Positions 15,754-18,925 of a DNA stretch of 18,925 nucleotides are shown piece by piece; the stretch's first letter is position 1, and each line of letters starts with the position of its first letter. Made by a program: the position numbers and the translations under genes. Location of the stretch: assembly GCA_964244895.1 (NCBI GenBank), contig CAXTKV010000097.1, forward strand, positions 1 through 18,925. The letters are read 5' to 3'. Source of the stretch: an uncultured Deinococcales bacterium. GTDB lineage: Bacteria; Deinococcota; Deinococci; Deinococcales; JAAFIG01. The notes below the pieces were generated by a model. That model ran no database searches. It saw only the letters and a program-made list of their open reading frames with translations, and was not told where the DNA came from.

Positions 15754-17358
15754 ATGAACAGACAAGACAGCCTCGCGCGGCTCGAGGCGAGCGAGACGAC
15801 ACCGTTCGACCTTCTGATCATCGGCGGCGGTGCGACCGGCCTGGGCGCGGCGCTCGAGGCGGCGGCGCGCGGTTACCAGGTCGCGCTGGTCGAGGCGCAC
15901 GACTTTGCCAAGGGGACATCCTCGCGCAGCACGAAACTGGTTCACGGCGGCGTGCGCTACCTGGCGCAGGGCAACATCGGGTTGGTGCGCGAGGCACTGC
16001 GCGAGCGCGGACGCCTGCGCCGCAACGCGCCGCACCTGGTTCACGACCTGGAATTCGTGGTTCCGGCCTACGACTGGTGGGCTGGGCCGTACTACGGCAT
16101 CGGGTTGAAGCTTTACGACGTGCTGGCGGGCAATCTGGGCCTGGGCTCGAGCAAATTGCTGTCTCGCGCCGCGACCTTAGAGCGCATCTCGACGCTGGAA
16201 CCCGAAGGTCTGCAGGGCGGCGTGGTGTACTTCGACGGGCAGTTCGACGACGCCAGGCTGGCCGTGTGCCTGGCGCAGACCGCGACCGACAACGGGGCCG
16301 CGATCGTGAATTATGCGCCCGTCCAACGCCTGCTTCACGATGGCGACCGCCTGAGCGGCGTGGTCGTGCGCGACAGTGAATCCGAGCGCGAGATCGAGGT
16401 GCGCGCCAGAGCGATCATCAACGCCACCGGGGTTTTCGCGGACAGCATCCGTCGCATGGACGACCCGCAGGCCGCACCCGCGCTGTCGCCATCGCAGGGC
16501 GTTCACATCGTGCTGCCCAGGGATTTCCTGCCGGGCAACGCCGCGCTGATGGTGCCCAAAACCGACGACGGACGCGTGCTGTTCGTGGTTCCCTGGCACG
16601 GCAAGGCCATCGTCGGCACGACCGACACACCCGTCCCCAGCGCGGAACTCGAGCCTCACGCTCTGGAAGAAGAGATCGGGTTCCTGCTCGAGCACGCCTC
16701 GCGCTATTTGACTCGCGACCCCAGCCGCGAGGACGTGCTGGCCGTGTACGTCGGCCTGCGCCCGCTGGTCAAGGCCGTCAGTGCGGACGGCAGCACGGCG
16801 GCACTTTCCAGGGATCACACGATCCTGGTGTCCAGGACGGGTTTGATCACCATCGTCGGCGGCAAATGGACGACCTACCGCAAGATGGGCGAGGACGTGA
16901 TCGACCGCGCCACGACCGTCGCCGGGCTCGAGGTGCGCGAATCCAGAACCGCCAACATGCCTTTGCACGGCGCACCGGAGCGTCCAGATGGCCACCAGGA
17001 ACAACCCGGAACGGTCGGTGAAAGCCTGACCCAGTACGGCACCGACGCCCGCCACGTTCGCGGTCTGGCCGAGGACGATCCCGACCTGGCCGTGCCGATC
17101 CACCCGAAACTGCCCTACCTCAAAGCGCAAGTCGTGTGGGCCGTGCGTCAGGAGATGGCGCGCACCCTCGAAGACGTGCTCTCACGGCGCACGCGATCGT
17201 TGATCCTGGATGCCCGATCCGCGCTCGAGGCCGCGCCCGGCGTGGCCCGCATCATGGCCAAGGAACTCGGGCGGGGCGCAACCTGGGAAGAATCGCAGCT
17301 TGAAATGTTCCGAACGCGCGTCAAGGACAGCTTGCTCTCACCGATCGCCGCGACCTGA
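15754..17358 (+). CDS. glpD: FAD-dependent glycerol-3-phosphate dehydrogenase
   Basis: IIGGGATG, DFAKGTSSRSTKLVHGGVRYL, DGQFDDARL, GLRPL, GGKWTTYRKM, EMARTLEDVLSRRTR. Confidence 0.95.
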   Translation: MNRQDSLARLEASETTPFDLLIIGGGATGLGAALEAAARGYQVALVEAHDFAKGTSSRSTKLVHGGVRYLAQGNIGLVREALRERGRLRRNAPHLVHDLEFVVPAYDWWAGPYYGIGLKLYDVLAGNLGLGSSKLLSRAATLERISTLEPEGLQGGVVYFDGQFDDARLAVCLAQTATDNGAAIVNYAPVQRLLHDGDRLSGVVVRDSESEREIEVRARAIINATGVFADSIRRMDDPQAAPALSPSQGVHIVLPRDFLPGNAALMVPKTDDGRVLFVVPWHGKAIVGTTDTPVPSAELEPHALEEEIGFLLEHASRYLTRDPSREDVLAVYVGLRPLVKAVSADGSTAALSRDHTILVSRTGLITIVGGKWTTYRKMGEDVIDRATTVAGLEVRESRTANMPLHGAPERPDGHQEQPGTVGESLTQYGTDARHVRGLAEDDPDLAVPIHPKLPYLKAQVVWAVRQEMARTLEDVLSRRTRSLILDARSALEAAPGVARIMAKELGRGATWEESQLEMFRTRVKDSLLSPIAAT

Positions 17359-17559
17359 GCGCCGGCTCGCAAAATCGTTATCTCGAGAACCTGCCTCTCG
17401 GCATCGCGCTCGAGGGCGACTGGTGGAGCGGCGAAAGATCCTGCACTGGGCTCAGGATCACCACCTGAACGCCGTTGGTCGCACATCTGAGTTCGATCCT
17501 CGAGCCGAATCTCGAGGGCAAATCTGACGTATTCGCCCTCGATACGGGTGGCTCAATCC

Positions 17560-18879
17560 TCAGCGCAAAAACTCGGGCATGTATGGTCGTTCAGCCGCCA
17601 CCAGCTCGTTGAACATTGACCTGATTTCCGCCAGTGAACACACGGCGGCGGTCAGCGGGTCGAGCATCAGGGCGTGCAGCGCGGCCTCACGGTCGTGGGT
17701 CAACACGGCGCTCGCCATCAGTTCGTGAACCATGACGTGGGCCGTGTCAATCGCCGCCAGCGCGGTCGGCAAGCGCCCGAAGTGCGCGGCTTGAACGCCG
17801 TTACGATCCACCAGGCAGGTGACTTCGACGCAACTGCCATCCGGCAGGTTGTCGATCAATCCGGTGTTGATGACGTTGCCGCCGATGACTTGCGGCCTGT
17901 CCAGCACGATACCTTCGATGATGTTCGAGGCGAATTCCGGGCTGCGCTCGAGCTGAATCGCGTCCTCGCCGCGACGTTCGCGCTCGATCAGGTCGATGAC
18001 TTCCTGGTCGTGCTCGCGCCTCCAGCGCGGCCAGTTGTTGGCGTAGAAACCGCTCTCGCCCTTGTATTCGGGGCGCGTGTAGCGTTTCACCAGGTCGGGA
18101 CGTTTGCGGAAGTACGGCACGTACTCCGAAAAATGTCCGCTCGATTCGGTCGGGAACGCGCCGAAGGCTTTGAGCATCTCGAAGCGCACGATGTCCTGCT
18201 CGTAGATCTGCGGATTGCTGGCGGCCTCGAGCAGGCGGGCTTTGACATCGTGACCCTCGTGCGAAAGCGCGAAGAACCACGACAGGTGGTTGATGCCCGC
18301 GCACCGGTACTCGAGCTCGCCCTGAGGGATGCCCAAATAGCCCTCGAGTTCTGCGGCGGTGTTCTGGATCGAGTGGCACAACCCGATCACGGGCAGGCCC
18401 ACGGCGCGCGATGCGGTCAGCACCAGCGCCGACATCGGGTTGGTGTAGTTCATCACGACGGCCTTCGGCGCGAGGCGTTCGATGTCGCGCAGGATGTCAA
18501 TCCAGGCGGGCGCGGTGCGCAGGAATTTCATCAATCCGCCCGGCCCGATGGTGTCGCCGATGCACTGATCGACGCCGTACTTGAGCGGGATGTCGTCGTC
18601 GAAGCGCACGGTTTCCAGGCCGGAAACTTCGATGGTGTTGATCACGAAATCCACGTCCGGCAGCAATTCCGCGCGCCTGGTGCTGGATCGGACGCCGAAC
18701 TGTTTGCCGGAGCGTTTGACGGTCAGTTCCGCCAGTTCGTGCGCGCGCTCGAGGCGCACGGGGTCGATGTCGATCAGCGCGAATTCGCCCGCGTTCAGGC
18801 CGGGAATAGAGAGGACATCCTTGATCATCTGTTGTGCGAACACGGCGCTGCCCGCGCCGATAATGGCGATTCTGGTCAT
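17560..18879 (-). CDS. melA: Family 4 glycoside hydrolase, probably alpha-galactosidase (NAD+/Mn2+-dependent)
   Basis: IAIIGAGS, GDTIGPGG, NYTNPM, GLCHS, AGINH, TESSGHFSEYVP, DPLTAAV; AGGAG SD. Confidence 0.88.
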   Translation of the reverse strand: MTRIAIIGAGSAVFAQQMIKDVLSIPGLNAGEFALIDIDPVRLERAHELAELTVKRSGKQFGVRSSTRRAELLPDVDFVINTIEVSGLETVRFDDDIPLKYGVDQCIGDTIGPGGLMKFLRTAPAWIDILRDIERLAPKAVVMNYTNPMSALVLTASRAVGLPVIGLCHSIQNTAAELEGYLGIPQGELEYRCAGINHLSWFFALSHEGHDVKARLLEAASNPQIYEQDIVRFEMLKAFGAFPTESSGHFSEYVPYFRKRPDLVKRYTRPEYKGESGFYANNWPRWRREHDQEVIDLIERERRGEDAIQLERSPEFASNIIEGIVLDRPQVIGGNVINTGLIDNLPDGSCVEVTCLVDRNGVQAAHFGRLPTALAAIDTAHVMVHELMASAVLTHDREAALHALMLDPLTAAVCSLAEIRSMFNELVAAERPYMPEFLR

Positions 18880-18909
18880 GGTTGCTCCTGTCTGCGAAAG
18901 CTCAAAAAC

Positions 18910-18922
18910 ACCGTCTGGGACG
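18910..18922. repeat. Dispersed inverted-arm element, copy 9 (left arm; cut by the window end)
   Basis: ACCGTCTGGGACG, identical to the left arm at 10063. Confidence 0.65.
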
Positions 18923-18925
18923 CAT

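Overview
GC-rich (roughly 60-65%) chromosomal window, very probably from a Deinococcota bacterium: it has a DdrI/SdrP-type CRP regulator and several leaderless TAnnnT-N6/7-start promoters. Gene content from left to right: a photolyase split into two minus-strand genes (FAD-binding domain with four candidate Fe-S cysteines, then a separate alpha/beta domain); a degenerate SDR coupled to nrdR; a Cys-free ArsC/Spx-family protein; ddrI; a four-gene putative signalling operon with no output domain (two DUF4388/PATAN-like proteins, an L7/L12-like+2TM+HAMP membrane protein and a stand-alone MHYT protein); an aapJQMP/bztABCD-type amino-acid ABC transporter; an orphan MalK/MsmX ATPase; glpD; and a GH4 alpha-galactosidase. 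Notable non-coding structure: (i) two operon junctions where tandem duplications form chains of start/stop-overlapped mini-ORFs, (ii) a dispersed ~50-bp inverted-arm element (ACCGTCYWGGACG-N24-CGTCCWRGACGGT) in nine intergenic regions, and (iii) about 80 copies of the palindrome CTCGAG. No rRNA, tRNA, CRISPR array or transposase was seen. All family assignments come from motif recognition by eye, not database searches.
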